Of a DNA stretch of 64,000 nucleotides, positions 48,253-58,257 are shown in pieces. The position numbers and the translations under genes were made by a program. Numbering within the stretch: position 1 is the stretch's first letter; every line of letters starts with the position of its first letter. Origin of the DNA: Pseudomonadota bacterium (lineage in GTDB: Bacteria > Pseudomonadota > Gammaproteobacteria > UBA1113); contig JAJYCX010000007.1 of the NCBI GenBank assembly GCA_021778015.1, positions 17,078 to 81,077 of the forward strand, written 5' to 3'. Below the pieces are notes generated by a model. It saw only the letters and a program-made list of their open reading frames with translations, made no database searches and had not been told where the DNA came from.

Positions 48253-49698
48253 TTAATTTATTTTTTGAAAGCAACGCCCGTACACATCTTCATAACGCGT
48301 AATATCATCTTCACCCAAATAATGCCCTGTTTGTACTTCTACGAGTTCTACTATTTGTTTTGTATTATTGAAAAGTCTATGTTTAGTTTTAGCAGGTATA
48401 TACGTGGACTGGCCTGTTTTTAGCTGCAATATCTGCTTATCATTGAGCACCTGAGCCATCCCTTTGGTAATCACCCAATGTTCTGCCCTGCATTCATGAC
48501 TTTGTAAAGATAGTCTCTGACCAGGATAAACAGTAATACGTTTTACTTTAAACTCTACCGTTTCCATCAATACCTCATAAGTTCCCCATGGGCGTTTCAC
48601 AGTTTTATGATTCAAAACCTCTTCTCGTTTTAAAGATTTTAACTTTGAAACCATTCTTTTAATCTCTTCGCTTTTCTCCTTATTAGCAACCAATACAGCA
48701 TCAGCGGTTTCAATCACTACGCAATTCTCCATCCCGATTGCTACGACTAATCTGTTTTCTGAATGTATGTAAGAATCTCGTACATCGTCCAAAATAGCAT
48801 CGCCAACTTTAACAGTACCATTTACATCCTGTACTTGTACCTTGGCTTTCCAAAGTGATGCCCATGACCCAACATCGCTCCACTGTGTTGAAAGTGGCAC
48901 AACCACTGCTTTTTGTGTATGCTCCATAATTGCATAATCAATAGAATCACTGCGACAAGAATTAAAAATACCTTCTTCAAATCTCAAGAAGTCTTTGTCC
49001 TCCTGTGCACTTTGAAAAGTTTTTTGGCAAGACTCAAAAATATCTGGCGCAAAGCGTTTTAATTCGGCTAAGTACACTTCCGCTTTAAATAGAAAAATGC
49101 CACTATTCCACAGATAGTCTCCACTTTCATAAAATGCTCGTGCGCGCTGAATATCTGGTTTTTCAATAAAGGATTTTATTTGGTAACCCTGCCCTTCCGT
49201 TATCACTTTTCCCAACTCAATGTGTCCATAGGCAGTTTCTGGCTGATGTATAGTGATACCAAAAGTAACTATATGCCCTTTATTCGCAAAAGCTAATCCT
49301 TGTTCAATCGAATGGGCAAAAGCTTCACTATCCTCTAACAGATGATCTGAAGGCAATACAAGCAAAATGGCATCTTCATACTCTCGTTGCGCTGCCAAGG
49401 CAGCCAATGCGATAGCCGGTGCTGTATTTCGTCCTACTGATTCAAGAATAATCTTCTGCGGTTGAATAAACTGTTCTCGCAGCTGCTCCGCAGCCAAAAA
49501 TCGATGTTCCTGGTTGCATACCACAATGGGAGGCAAAATGGATAACGCATTTAAGCGCTGTAAGGTTAGTTGAAAAAGACTGGGATCTGCTTCTATTTGT
49601 AAAAATTGTTTGGGCATTAACTCACGAGACATAGGCCATAAACGGGTGCCACTGCCTCCTGATAATAAAACAGGAACCATAGAACTTGCTTCTTTCAT
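48253..49698 (-). CDS. manC: Mannose-1-phosphate guanylyltransferase / mannose-6-phosphate isomerase (type II PMI, ManC/CpsB)
   Basis: 481 aa. VPVLLSGGSGTRLWPMSR nucleotidyltransferase motif and C-terminal cupin PMI domain. Confidence 0.85.
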   Translation of the reverse strand: MKEASSMVPVLLSGGSGTRLWPMSRELMPKQFLQIEADPSLFQLTLQRLNALSILPPIVVCNQEHRFLAAEQLREQFIQPQKIILESVGRNTAPAIALAALAAQREYEDAILLVLPSDHLLEDSEAFAHSIEQGLAFANKGHIVTFGITIHQPETAYGHIELGKVITEGQGYQIKSFIEKPDIQRARAFYESGDYLWNSGIFLFKAEVYLAELKRFAPDIFESCQKTFQSAQEDKDFLRFEEGIFNSCRSDSIDYAIMEHTQKAVVVPLSTQWSDVGSWASLWKAKVQVQDVNGTVKVGDAILDDVRDSYIHSENRLVVAIGMENCVVIETADAVLVANKEKSEEIKRMVSKLKSLKREEVLNHKTVKRPWGTYEVLMETVEFKVKRITVYPGQRLSLQSHECRAEHWVITKGMAQVLNDKQILQLKTGQSTYIPAKTKHRLFNNTKQIVELVEVQTGHYLGEDDITRYEDVYGRCFQKIN

Positions 49699-49862
49699 AA
49701 TTGAGTTACCTTCAAGAAATTATAATTTTAAATTTAGAGCAAGTATTATACAAAATAGGCTCTTTTTTGTCAATCTTTTTTATAAAAAAAAACCTTTTGG
49801 GGTAATTATGGTCAAATATTGATCAATTTATCGTTGAAATAGGAGGCTTGCTCCCAGAGAAC

Positions 49863-50981
49863 TCAAATGAGTTTGTGGATAATTTTATTAAATTGCTCGG
49901 CCGCATTGCCCCACACAAAAAAGCGCCCCCGTTCTAAGCCCTTTTCCTTTAATTTTTGCCGAATAGACTGATTTTCCAAAAGGGTTTGTAATCCGTCCCT
50001 AATGCTACCCACACTGTAGGGGTCTATTAGACAGGCTGCATCTTGAACTATCTCTGCCATAGCCCCAATATTAGAAGTAATAACAGGTGTTCCCATAGCC
50101 ATGGCCTCAACAAGAGGTAAGCCAAAGCCTTCATATAACGAAGGAAAAGCCAGACAATATGCCGCCTGCAGCAAATAGCTTACAATTTCTTCTGGTAGAT
50201 AATCATAGATTAAAACGAAATTCTCGAGTTTCTTCTCTTGAACAAAAGCTTGCAAATTAACATCCCCCCACCCTTTTTTACCAACAATAACCAATTTAAA
50301 TTGTTCTCGTAATTCAATGGGTAAATTTCCATAGGCTTCAATGAGGCGTCGCTGATTTTTGCGTGGTTCTTGAGTGCCTAGAGACAAAATGAAAGATTTG
50401 TTTTGGTGCAAGTTGCTATACGCAGCGGATACCGTACTGCTAGAATTGATCATATGTACTGGAGCTAAATAGGTAACATGAATTTTATTTTCGGGTACCT
50501 TTAAAAAATGCATAAGATCTTGCTTAGTAGTTTGTGATACACAAATAATAGCATCCGCATTTTTAACTGAATGTGGCATCAACAATTTTTCATGGTAATA
50601 ATTTCTTTTATCCATCGTTTCCGGACAGATTTTCCAAACTAAATCATGTATAGTCAACACATAGGGAATACCTGGGATTTTTGAATACGGTAGTATGTGC
50701 CGAGGTGACCAAAATACATCTAAATCCGTTTTCTGCAATTGTTTTGACAAAAAAAATGTCCGCCATAGATGTGGCCAAAGAGGGAGGTTTTGCATGGCTA
50801 CGGGAGGAAATTTGACCGGAAACGGTAATGAAACAGTGGCCAGCGGTTTAGGTAAAAATCCTACAATGGAGGTTTCAGCTGGTTTCAATGATTCCAGCAT
50901 TTTTTGCGTGTAAAAGCCAATACCCGTCAGTGGTTGCACCAATGAGGAAAGATCAACACCCAATTTAATTTTCGAATGCAT
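49863..50981 (-). CDS. Glycosyltransferase family 4 (mannosyltransferase-like)
   Basis: 372 aa. …LGTQEPRKN…YEGFGLPLVEAMAMGTPVITS… GT4 signature. Confidence 0.7.
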   Translation of the reverse strand: MHSKIKLGVDLSSLVQPLTGIGFYTQKMLESLKPAETSIVGFLPKPLATVSLPFPVKFPPVAMQNLPLWPHLWRTFFLSKQLQKTDLDVFWSPRHILPYSKIPGIPYVLTIHDLVWKICPETMDKRNYYHEKLLMPHSVKNADAIICVSQTTKQDLMHFLKVPENKIHVTYLAPVHMINSSSTVSAAYSNLHQNKSFILSLGTQEPRKNQRRLIEAYGNLPIELREQFKLVIVGKKGWGDVNLQAFVQEKKLENFVLIYDYLPEEIVSYLLQAAYCLAFPSLYEGFGLPLVEAMAMGTPVITSNIGAMAEIVQDAACLIDPYSVGSIRDGLQTLLENQSIRQKLKEKGLERGRFFVWGNAAEQFNKIIHKLI

Positions 50982-51198
50982 AATATAGAACCTTTAATCA
51001 ACAAAATCTCAATAACAGATAAACACAGTGTACACAAAAATAGCTCTATAGTGTTAATTTGGTCATAATTATGGTATTAGCATATCTTCAAAGCGGCTCA
51101 TTCACTGAATGCCTAAATATGAGCATAGGCCCAAACAACTGGCATATTGGTAAAAAAAATGATATATTTAACTTAATATCATTCATTCGGAGGCTATT

Positions 51199-51477
51199 AT
51201 GCAAATCACATTTACTGGCCATCATTTAGACATTACCCCCCCTCTAAAAGACTTTACCATGAAGAAATTGGACCGCTTGGAGCGCCATTTTAGCGACGTT
51301 ATTAGCGTTGCTATCACCTTTAAAGTTGAAAATTTGAACCAAATTGCGGAAGCAACGGTACATGTTCCAGGCACACATATGCATGCCAGTGAAAAAACCG
51401 ATGATATGTACAGTGCTGTAGATGGCTTAATCGATAAATTAATGCGTTTATTAAAAGAACATAAAGAAAGATCTTAG
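51199..51477 (+). CDS. hpf: Ribosome hibernation-promoting factor (short HPF/YfiA type)
   Basis: 92 aa, MQITFTGHHLDITPPLKDF…, in the conserved position after lptB/(rpoN). Confidence 0.85.
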   Translation: MQITFTGHHLDITPPLKDFTMKKLDRLERHFSDVISVAITFKVENLNQIAEATVHVPGTHMHASEKTDDMYSAVDGLIDKLMRLLKEHKERS

Positions 51478-51484
51478 AGAATCA

Positions 51485-51560
51485 GCCCTCCGCTTCCTAA
51501 CGGCCGCGGCTCACTTACAAACGGATGAACCGAGCCGCGACCGTTAGGGAGCGGAGAGGG
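51485..51560. repeat. Long imperfect hairpin (~30-bp arms) after hpf. Possible terminator or REP.
   Basis: ccctccgcttcctaacggccgcggctca…tgaaccgagccgcgaccgttagggagcggagaggg, followed by cgcttttttac. Confidence 0.5.
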
Positions 51561-51595
51561 AAAGTATAGTTACGCTTTTTTACTTTAGGGAATAA

Positions 51596-52447
51596 ATGAA
51601 AGAAATGCGCGTTATTATTGTGACCGGACGGTCTGGATCTGGAAAAAGTATCACCCTACACCTATTAGAAGACCTAGGTTATTACTGCATTGATAATTTA
51701 CCCGCAAGCTTGTTACAAAGCTTGACCGCACATGTGCAGAAAACATACCAAAAAATAGCCATTGGCATTGATGCCAGAAACCCTATTACCGATTTAGAAA
51801 GCTTTCACCATTGGATAGAAAGCTTTAGAACTTCCGGACTACGTTGTGAAATATTGTATCTAGACGCCAGTGATGATGTCTTAATCAAGCGTTTTAATGA
51901 AACTCGTAGGCGTCATCCTTTAAGTTCCGATCATCGCTCATTACAAGAAGCCATCGCTTATGAGAAAAAACTATTAGATCCCTTAGCCCATTTAGCCGAT
52001 CTGGTCATAGATACAAGTTTATTGTCACAACATAAATTGCGGGATATTATTTCCAATCGCGTTGAGCCCAAAGCACATGCATTATCTTTATTGATACAAT
52101 CTTTTGGCTTTAAATTTGGCGTGCCGGTAGACAGTGACTTCGTTTTTGATGTACGAGTACTTCCTAACCCTTATTGGCACAGCGAATTGCGCCCTTATTC
52201 AGGCTTGGAAGAACCTATACAAAAATTTTTAAATGAAAAACCAGAAACCCATGCTTTATTAATGGATATCGAGCATTTTCTAATGAATTGGTTACCCAAA
52301 TTTGAAAACAATAATCGGGCTTACATGACAGTGTCCATAGGCTGCACCGGTGGGCAACATCGCTCTGTCTATATTGCAAAAATGCTGTATGATGCTCTTA
52401 AACAGAAACACGAAATGGTATTACTGCGCCACCGAGAGTTGATCTAG
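51596..52447 (+). CDS. rapZ: RNase adapter protein RapZ (YhbJ)
   Basis: MRVIIVTGRSGSGKS Walker A and RapZ C-terminal domain. The start may be Met 51605. Confidence 0.85.
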   Translation: MKEMRVIIVTGRSGSGKSITLHLLEDLGYYCIDNLPASLLQSLTAHVQKTYQKIAIGIDARNPITDLESFHHWIESFRTSGLRCEILYLDASDDVLIKRFNETRRRHPLSSDHRSLQEAIAYEKKLLDPLAHLADLVIDTSLLSQHKLRDIISNRVEPKAHALSLLIQSFGFKFGVPVDSDFVFDVRVLPNPYWHSELRPYSGLEEPIQKFLNEKPETHALLMDIEHFLMNWLPKFENNNRAYMTVSIGCTGGQHRSVYIAKMLYDALKQKHEMVLLRHRELI

Positions 52448-52449
52448 CC

Positions 52450-52716
52450 ATGCTGATAGAAAATATTACGCTCGGCAATAAGTTAGGTCTACACACTCGA
52501 GCCGCTGCTAAATTGGTTGAATTATCCAGTCGATTTAATAGTCAGATTGAACTCAGTCTAGACTCTAAAAAAGTCAATGCCAAAAGCATTTTAAATGTTA
52601 TGTTATTGTCTGCAGGCAGTGGTTCTCAATTGACAATCACCATAGAAGGTGCCGATGAGAATGAAGCCATGACAGCGTTGAAAGCTTTATTTCACAGTAA
52701 TTTTGGTGAGGAATAG
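52450..52716 (+). CDS. ptsO: Phosphocarrier protein NPr (HPr-like)
   Basis: 88 aa, active-site His region GLHTRAAAKL. Confidence 0.85.
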   Translation: MLIENITLGNKLGLHTRAAAKLVELSSRFNSQIELSLDSKKVNAKSILNVMLLSAGSGSQLTITIEGADENEAMTALKALFHSNFGEE

Positions 52717-52762
52717 TATACTACCGCTTCTGTGAAGTAAGTTCTTCTAGCAAGAAAATAGC

Positions 52763-53008
52763 CGTCCCCGTCATTGCGAGCAAATGAGTGCTGGATACAT
52801 AATAGAAAATATGTACTATAGCAACAGTAGAATGATTAAGTTGCACTAAGCTAAACGAGTGCAGCGCGGCAATCCATCGTTTGAATAATGAAAATGAACG
52901 CTATATACAGTAAAAATCATAAAACACTGTGAGTGTTATAAATTGAATATTTTACTGGATTGCCACGCCTGTTCGCTGCGCTCACTGGCTCGCAATGACG
53001 GACTCCGT
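52763..53008. repeat. ~245 bp nested palindromic element between convergent ptsO and pmbA
   Basis: The outer arms are ccgtcattgcgagc-aaatgagtgc and gcgctcactggctcgcaatgacgg. The inner arms are gagtgcagcgcggcaatcc and ggattgccacgcc…gctgcgctcac. Confidence 0.6.
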
Positions 53009-53021
53009 TGCAAAGAATATA

Positions 53022-54344
53022 CTAATCCTTTCCTGCTACCATCATCTCAGCGACTAACACCGAACCACTTTCTATATAACCACGATCATTCACATCGTTA
53101 CCTATGGCGACAATATTGGCAAACATATCTTTTAAGTTACCGGCAATAGTCACCCCTTCAACGGGATATTGAATTTTGCCATGCTCTACCCAAAAACCAC
53201 TCGCTCCTTGTGAGTAGTCCCCCGTAACTAAATTAACGCCCATGCCCATAACTTCTGTGACCAACAAGCCCCTATCCATTTTCTGCAATAGCGCTTGTTG
53301 ATCTTCGCCGGTAGAATGCACCAAGATATTATGCGGGCCACCTGCATTGCCCGTTGTTTCTAGACCTAAACGACGTGCCGAATAGCTATTTAAAATATAA
53401 CCTTGCAGCACACCTGCTTTTACTAAATCGCGTTTTTGCGTGGCCACCCCTTCTTTATCAAAATAACTGCTGGCCCAACCACGTTTTATATGTGGATTCT
53501 CAACTAGTGTAACGCACTTATTTAAAATGGATTTTCCTATCGTACCTTTTAAAAAAGAAGAATCTCTATATAAATTACCGCCACTAATCGCTGCTAATAA
53601 TTCCCCCCACAGTCCTGACACCATCCGTTGGCTGAAAATAACTGGTATTTTTCCTGTAGAGATACTCTGTGCACCTAATCTTTGCACGGTATATTCAGCA
53701 GCACGTTTAGCAACTTGACTAAAATCATCTAAAGTTTTTGCATCGCGACTGTGTGTATATTCATAATCGCGTTGCATAGCGCCATTTTTATCCGAGGCCA
53801 ATAAAACACAACTAAAAGAATGTGAGGTAGAACGTACTGTACCGCAAAATCCATGTGAATTGGCATAGACGTAATCGGATTGATGTGTATTGAGATTAAC
53901 CCCTTCTGAATTGCTAATACGCTTATCACTGGCTATGGCCACTGCTTCAGCTTCTTTTAATAAGGGGATGGCTTCTTCGGGCGTGATTTGCCAAGGGTGA
54001 TATAAATCCAACTCTATTGCTTTTTCTGCCATGCGTTCTTTAGGCGCTAAGCCTGCGGCGGGATCCTCATCCGTATATTGCGCAATGGCCCATGCTTTAT
54101 CTAAGCACTGATTTAAAGCCGTTTCTGATAAGTCGGAGCTACTGACTACACCTTGCCGTTGGCCGCAATAAACCGTTAAAGTTAAACCTTTATCGCGATT
54201 AAATTCGACGGTATCGACTTCACCTTTACGCACGCTAACCGTAAAGCCTTCGCTAAACGAAGCATTGGCTTCTGCCGCACTAGCACCTTTTTGTTTAGCT
54301 TTATTCAATAAAGCTAAAATCGTAGATTCAATATGATCTCTCAT
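53022..54344 (-). CDS. pmbA: Metalloprotease PmbA (TldE)
   Basis: 440 aa of the TldD/PmbA family. Confidence 0.8.
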   Translation of the reverse strand: MRDHIESTILALLNKAKQKGASAAEANASFSEGFTVSVRKGEVDTVEFNRDKGLTLTVYCGQRQGVVSSSDLSETALNQCLDKAWAIAQYTDEDPAAGLAPKERMAEKAIELDLYHPWQITPEEAIPLLKEAEAVAIASDKRISNSEGVNLNTHQSDYVYANSHGFCGTVRSTSHSFSCVLLASDKNGAMQRDYEYTHSRDAKTLDDFSQVAKRAAEYTVQRLGAQSISTGKIPVIFSQRMVSGLWGELLAAISGGNLYRDSSFLKGTIGKSILNKCVTLVENPHIKRGWASSYFDKEGVATQKRDLVKAGVLQGYILNSYSARRLGLETTGNAGGPHNILVHSTGEDQQALLQKMDRGLLVTEVMGMGVNLVTGDYSQGASGFWVEHGKIQYPVEGVTIAGNLKDMFANIVAIGNDVNDRGYIESGSVLVAEMMVAGKD

Positions 54345-54431
54345 AACCTCTCCAAAGGAAATTTGATCCTAATAAAGCATAAGGGCGGTTCACGAACCGC
54401 CCTACAAAAACCATCTGACAAACGCAATAAC

Positions 54432-56186
54432 TTAGAAATAAGCGTCTAACTGTAAGAAGATACCATTTCCCGAACCGCCGTCCGAGTAAAAGACTACTCC
54501 ATTATTACCGCCAGCCGTATCATTTGAGCTATAGTTGATATAATGTTGCAATTCTAAATTCAGAACTGTGTTTCTCAAAATAGAAGAACTGATTGTGGCC
54601 ATGAATGCCCGTTTTGGCACACCCAAAGCCAAAGCCTGATTACTTTGATCATAGCCTAAACCGAAGGCAGAGGGTCTACTATAAATTTTAAAGTTATAGT
54701 CGCCTTCCAAGTGCGTAGCGGTTGGCTGAGCGCCTTCACCATTGTACATTAAATCCTGCGCACTAAAAGATCGTGTCGCCAGACCATGTTCACCGATAAA
54801 CTCAAAATCATAAGAGGTAACATCGAAACGCAGATCTGCACCGGGTACGGCGTGTTTCAATATTTCAGTTTGAGACGATTCACCAAAACCTTGAAATTGA
54901 TTGCTAGGAAGAGGCGTAGATTGCATACCACTACTATCGGCTATATTGCTTATACCACTCACAGATAAACCAACATTGGTATTGCTACTGAACGCAAAAT
55001 GATATGTTAAATCTCCACCATAGGTGTTTAGAATTACATTATCGTTTGGCATCGTAGTAGTATCATCATCTGATGCGTTAAGATTTACATCTCCTGTTTG
55101 CACCGCTCCATTAAAACCATAAACCGATGCATCTAATCCTGTAGGTTGAGTAGAATTATAACCCAAGATCAAAGCTCTACCTTTAGTACGGAACAAAGTT
55201 TTTGTAAATGGATCGGTGACCCCATACGTTCTGTAAGAACCAAAAGGTACATACAACTGACCTACCGTACCGTAATAATGGGATCTATCAAAATTTCCAA
55301 TATTAATAAAAGCATTGTCTAAAAAAAGATTAGAGTTACTTATTGGATTACCGCCACTAGATGGACCAGAATTATACGCAAACGACATAAAACCGGAAGT
55401 CCATGTGTTAATGCGTGCTTGCATATCTAATTCTGCGTTACTCAAGTTTAGATTCCCCGCACTATTAGGTCCACTTACACGCATACCTAATGCCTCTATA
55501 TTGCCACTTAATTCTAACAATGGATAATTGGGGAGCGCTAAGCCCAGCGAGGTCATCTCATTTACAAAGTTTTTATCTTGCTGCATGATTGCAATGTTCT
55601 TTTTCACACTAGAATAGTTGACTATTAGATCATAGCCACCAAACTGCCGATCTGATTTTATGAATGGAGCGGTAATTACAGCTGTACCACCAATATTGGC
55701 TAAATCACCCCGTCCGCCATAGGGTTCAGCCGCTAAATTAGTACCTGATGGGGGCAATAACGCTTGTTTCGCATCGTCCGAAACTGGGGTCGTTGTCACC
55801 GAGGTTGTACCATCGGCAGCTACGACAGCGTTAACATTAGATTTAGGCGCTGGTTTAGAGGGAGGAGCTGCAAGCGCTGCGGATTTGCTATTCTTAGCTG
55901 TTGAGCTAGAAGAAGATTTTGTAGCAGGCACTGTTGCCGCCACTGGTGTTGCCACAGGAGCCGCTTTTGCAGTTTTTAATTCTGCAATTTGTTGTTGCAA
56001 TTGCTGCACTTGTTGTTGTAACGCTGCAGTTTGTTGGCTTAATAATTCTACTTGTTTGTCTACATTGTCATTTGCAGAGGAAGCGGCCCAAGCATCAGAA
56101 GCCACACTGCCACCTAAGACAACTGCCAGTGCCATACTGATTTTTTTAATGCGCAAAAACTTTACCATAACAACCCCTATATTCAA
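54432..56186 (-). CDS. Secreted protein with an N-terminal coiled coil, a Ser/Ala/Pro-rich linker and a ~380-aa C-terminal predicted beta-barrel. Putative outer-membrane protein.
   Basis: Signal peptide, QQTAALQQQVQQLQQQIAELK heptads, low-complexity linker, alternating-hydrophobic C-terminal region ending …FLQLDAYF. Confidence 0.5.
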   Translation of the reverse strand: MNIGVVMVKFLRIKKISMALAVVLGGSVASDAWAASSANDNVDKQVELLSQQTAALQQQVQQLQQQIAELKTAKAAPVATPVAATVPATKSSSSSTAKNSKSAALAAPPSKPAPKSNVNAVVAADGTTSVTTTPVSDDAKQALLPPSGTNLAAEPYGGRGDLANIGGTAVITAPFIKSDRQFGGYDLIVNYSSVKKNIAIMQQDKNFVNEMTSLGLALPNYPLLELSGNIEALGMRVSGPNSAGNLNLSNAELDMQARINTWTSGFMSFAYNSGPSSGGNPISNSNLFLDNAFINIGNFDRSHYYGTVGQLYVPFGSYRTYGVTDPFTKTLFRTKGRALILGYNSTQPTGLDASVYGFNGAVQTGDVNLNASDDDTTTMPNDNVILNTYGGDLTYHFAFSSNTNVGLSVSGISNIADSSGMQSTPLPSNQFQGFGESSQTEILKHAVPGADLRFDVTSYDFEFIGEHGLATRSFSAQDLMYNGEGAQPTATHLEGDYNFKIYSRPSAFGLGYDQSNQALALGVPKRAFMATISSSILRNTVLNLELQHYINYSSNDTAGGNNGVVFYSDGGSGNGIFLQLDAYF

Positions 56187-56417
56187 ACTTACAGCAGCGA
56201 ATTAGTTTGGCTAAAAATAAGTCAAACTATTATTTTTTTATGATTTAAAAATCGTCGAGGAAAAATCATATCACAGCTACTTTAGGAAATGCCAGTCGTT
56301 TTAGCCTCATTTAAAAAATATTTTTAACTATTGTTAACGACAATGATATTATCCTGATCTGTGAAATCAAAAATGCGCTATAATTGGTTATCAGCGATAC
56401 AACAGGCTATTTTAACA

Positions 56418-57473
56418 ATGCAGACCCTGAATATTATTCGGCCAGACGATTGGCATATACACTTGCGCGATAATGCATCCTTAAAATTAACAGTATCTTT
56501 AGCCGAGCGCACATTTGCGCGCGTATTGGCCATGCCTAATTTAACACCACCCTTAACCACAGTGCAGGCCATCTTGAATTACAGGCAACGTATTTTAGCC
56601 GTTGCTAAAACCGGCTATTTCACACCCTATTTTGCTCTATATTTTACAAATGATTTAAAGGCCAGCACGTTACGCGAGGCCAAAGAATGTCCATGGATCT
56701 TAGGTGTTAAATTATATCCACAAGGTGCAACCACACATTCAGATTGGGGTATAGACGATATCAACAAACAATTTGAAAATTTATCAGTTATGGAAGAGTT
56801 AGCGCTACCGCTGTTGGTGCATGGCGAAGTTACCGACAATGCGATCGATATCTTTGATCGCGAAGCGCGTTTTATCGATACCGTTTTAACGCCATTACAA
56901 CAACGTTTTCCCAAATTACCAATTGTATTAGAACACATTAGCACCACCGAAGCCGTAGATTGGGTACAGAGCATGCCTGCACATATTGCTGCAACCATTA
57001 CCGTGCATCATTTAGCCTTTAATCGTAATCATTTGTTGGCGGGTAGCCTTAGGCCCGATTATTATTGTTTACCTATTTTAAAACAGCACCCGCATCAGCA
57101 AAAATTGCAACAAGCTGTCATAAGTAAAAATCAAAGTAAATTTTTCTTGGGTACAGACAGTGCACCGCATGTGCAAGATAGAAAATACAGCGCCTGTGGT
57201 TGTGCCGGTTGTTTTACCAGTTCGATTGCCCTCCCCTTATTGGCTGAATTATTTGCTGCGCACGAGGCGTTACCTTTATTAGAAAATTTTACCAGCATCA
57301 ATGGCGCACGCTTTTATCAATTGCCTCTCAATACAGAGCGCTTGAGTTTAATACAAAGCCCGTGGGTAGTACCGCAACAATACACTACAGATGATTTAAC
57401 TTTTACTCCGTTATTAGCCGGACAAACCTTATCCTGGCAATGTCAACCTACAGAAGACCAACTCAATGAATGA
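56418..57473 (+). CDS. pyrC: Dihydroorotase (homodimeric E. coli type)
   Basis: MQTLNIIRPDDWHIHLRD metal-binding HxH start. The ORF begins at 56361, but the conserved start is the Met at 56418. Confidence 0.85.
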   Translation: MQTLNIIRPDDWHIHLRDNASLKLTVSLAERTFARVLAMPNLTPPLTTVQAILNYRQRILAVAKTGYFTPYFALYFTNDLKASTLREAKECPWILGVKLYPQGATTHSDWGIDDINKQFENLSVMEELALPLLVHGEVTDNAIDIFDREARFIDTVLTPLQQRFPKLPIVLEHISTTEAVDWVQSMPAHIAATITVHHLAFNRNHLLAGSLRPDYYCLPILKQHPHQQKLQQAVISKNQSKFFLGTDSAPHVQDRKYSACGCAGCFTSSIALPLLAELFAAHEALPLLENFTSINGARFYQLPLNTERLSLIQSPWVVPQQYTTDDLTFTPLLAGQTLSWQCQPTEDQLNE

Positions 57474-58092
57474 CAATATAAACGATTCTTTGGCAAAACG
57501 CTTCCGCGGTTTTTTCCCGGTCATCATCGATGTTGAGACCAGTGGTTTTGATGCCAAAACAAACGCGTTATTAGAAATTGCTGCCGTGACCGTAGAAATG
57601 AATAAACATGGTTTCTTGCAACCCAAACAATCTTTGTTTTACGCTACGCTGCCCTTTGAAGGCGCCAAGCTTGATCCAGCCTCACTGGCTTTTACGGGGA
57701 TTATTCCCGATCACCCTTTTCGCATGGCCATCGATGAAAAGAAAGCATTGACTGAATTGTTTTCGGCCTTAAAAAAAGAGATGAAATTAGCACATTGTAA
57801 GCGCTGCGTCTTAGTTGGTCACAACGCCGCTTTTGATCTGAGTTTTGTAGCGGCTGCTTGCGAACGCAATCACATTAAAAGTGTTTTTCATCCTTTCACT
57901 ACTTTTGATACAGCGGCTTTGAGTGCACTTGCCTTAGGCGAAACAGTGCTGGCCACTGCTTTGGAACGTGCCAATTTAGCTTTTGATAATAAACAAGCTC
58001 ATTCTGCTTTATACGATGCCGAACGCACTGCGGAATTGTTTTGCTTCATTGTGAATCGTTGGCAAGAATTGGGTGGATGGAAAGAGGTATAG
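57466..58092 (+). CDS. rnt: Ribonuclease T
   Basis: 208 aa, DEDDh exonuclease motif FPVIIDVETSGFD, RNase T-specific basic patches. Confidence 0.85.
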   Translation: MNDNINDSLAKRFRGFFPVIIDVETSGFDAKTNALLEIAAVTVEMNKHGFLQPKQSLFYATLPFEGAKLDPASLAFTGIIPDHPFRMAIDEKKALTELFSALKKEMKLAHCKRCVLVGHNAAFDLSFVAAACERNHIKSVFHPFTTFDTAALSALALGETVLATALERANLAFDNKQAHSALYDAERTAELFCFIVNRWQELGGWKEV

Positions 58093-58257
58093 CGGCACGG
58101 TTTTTATTCTGCTCTATACTTTTTATAATTTCTACGTTCGGTTATATCCAGGGCTGTGCCGTTTGAGTTCAATGCTGGCCGGGCCCGGTCACACGACACC
58201 CTGCCATCACTATTGCGCTTTGTCTTAAGTGGTCATATCCATTTTATATTCAGAGCG

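Noticed and set aside
56190-56360. Possible regulatory repeats upstream of pyrC (ttaacnnnngttaac-like)
   Set aside because: I could not identify a convincing PurR or PyrR-type box or a terminator-antiterminator structure by eye. It was left uncalled.
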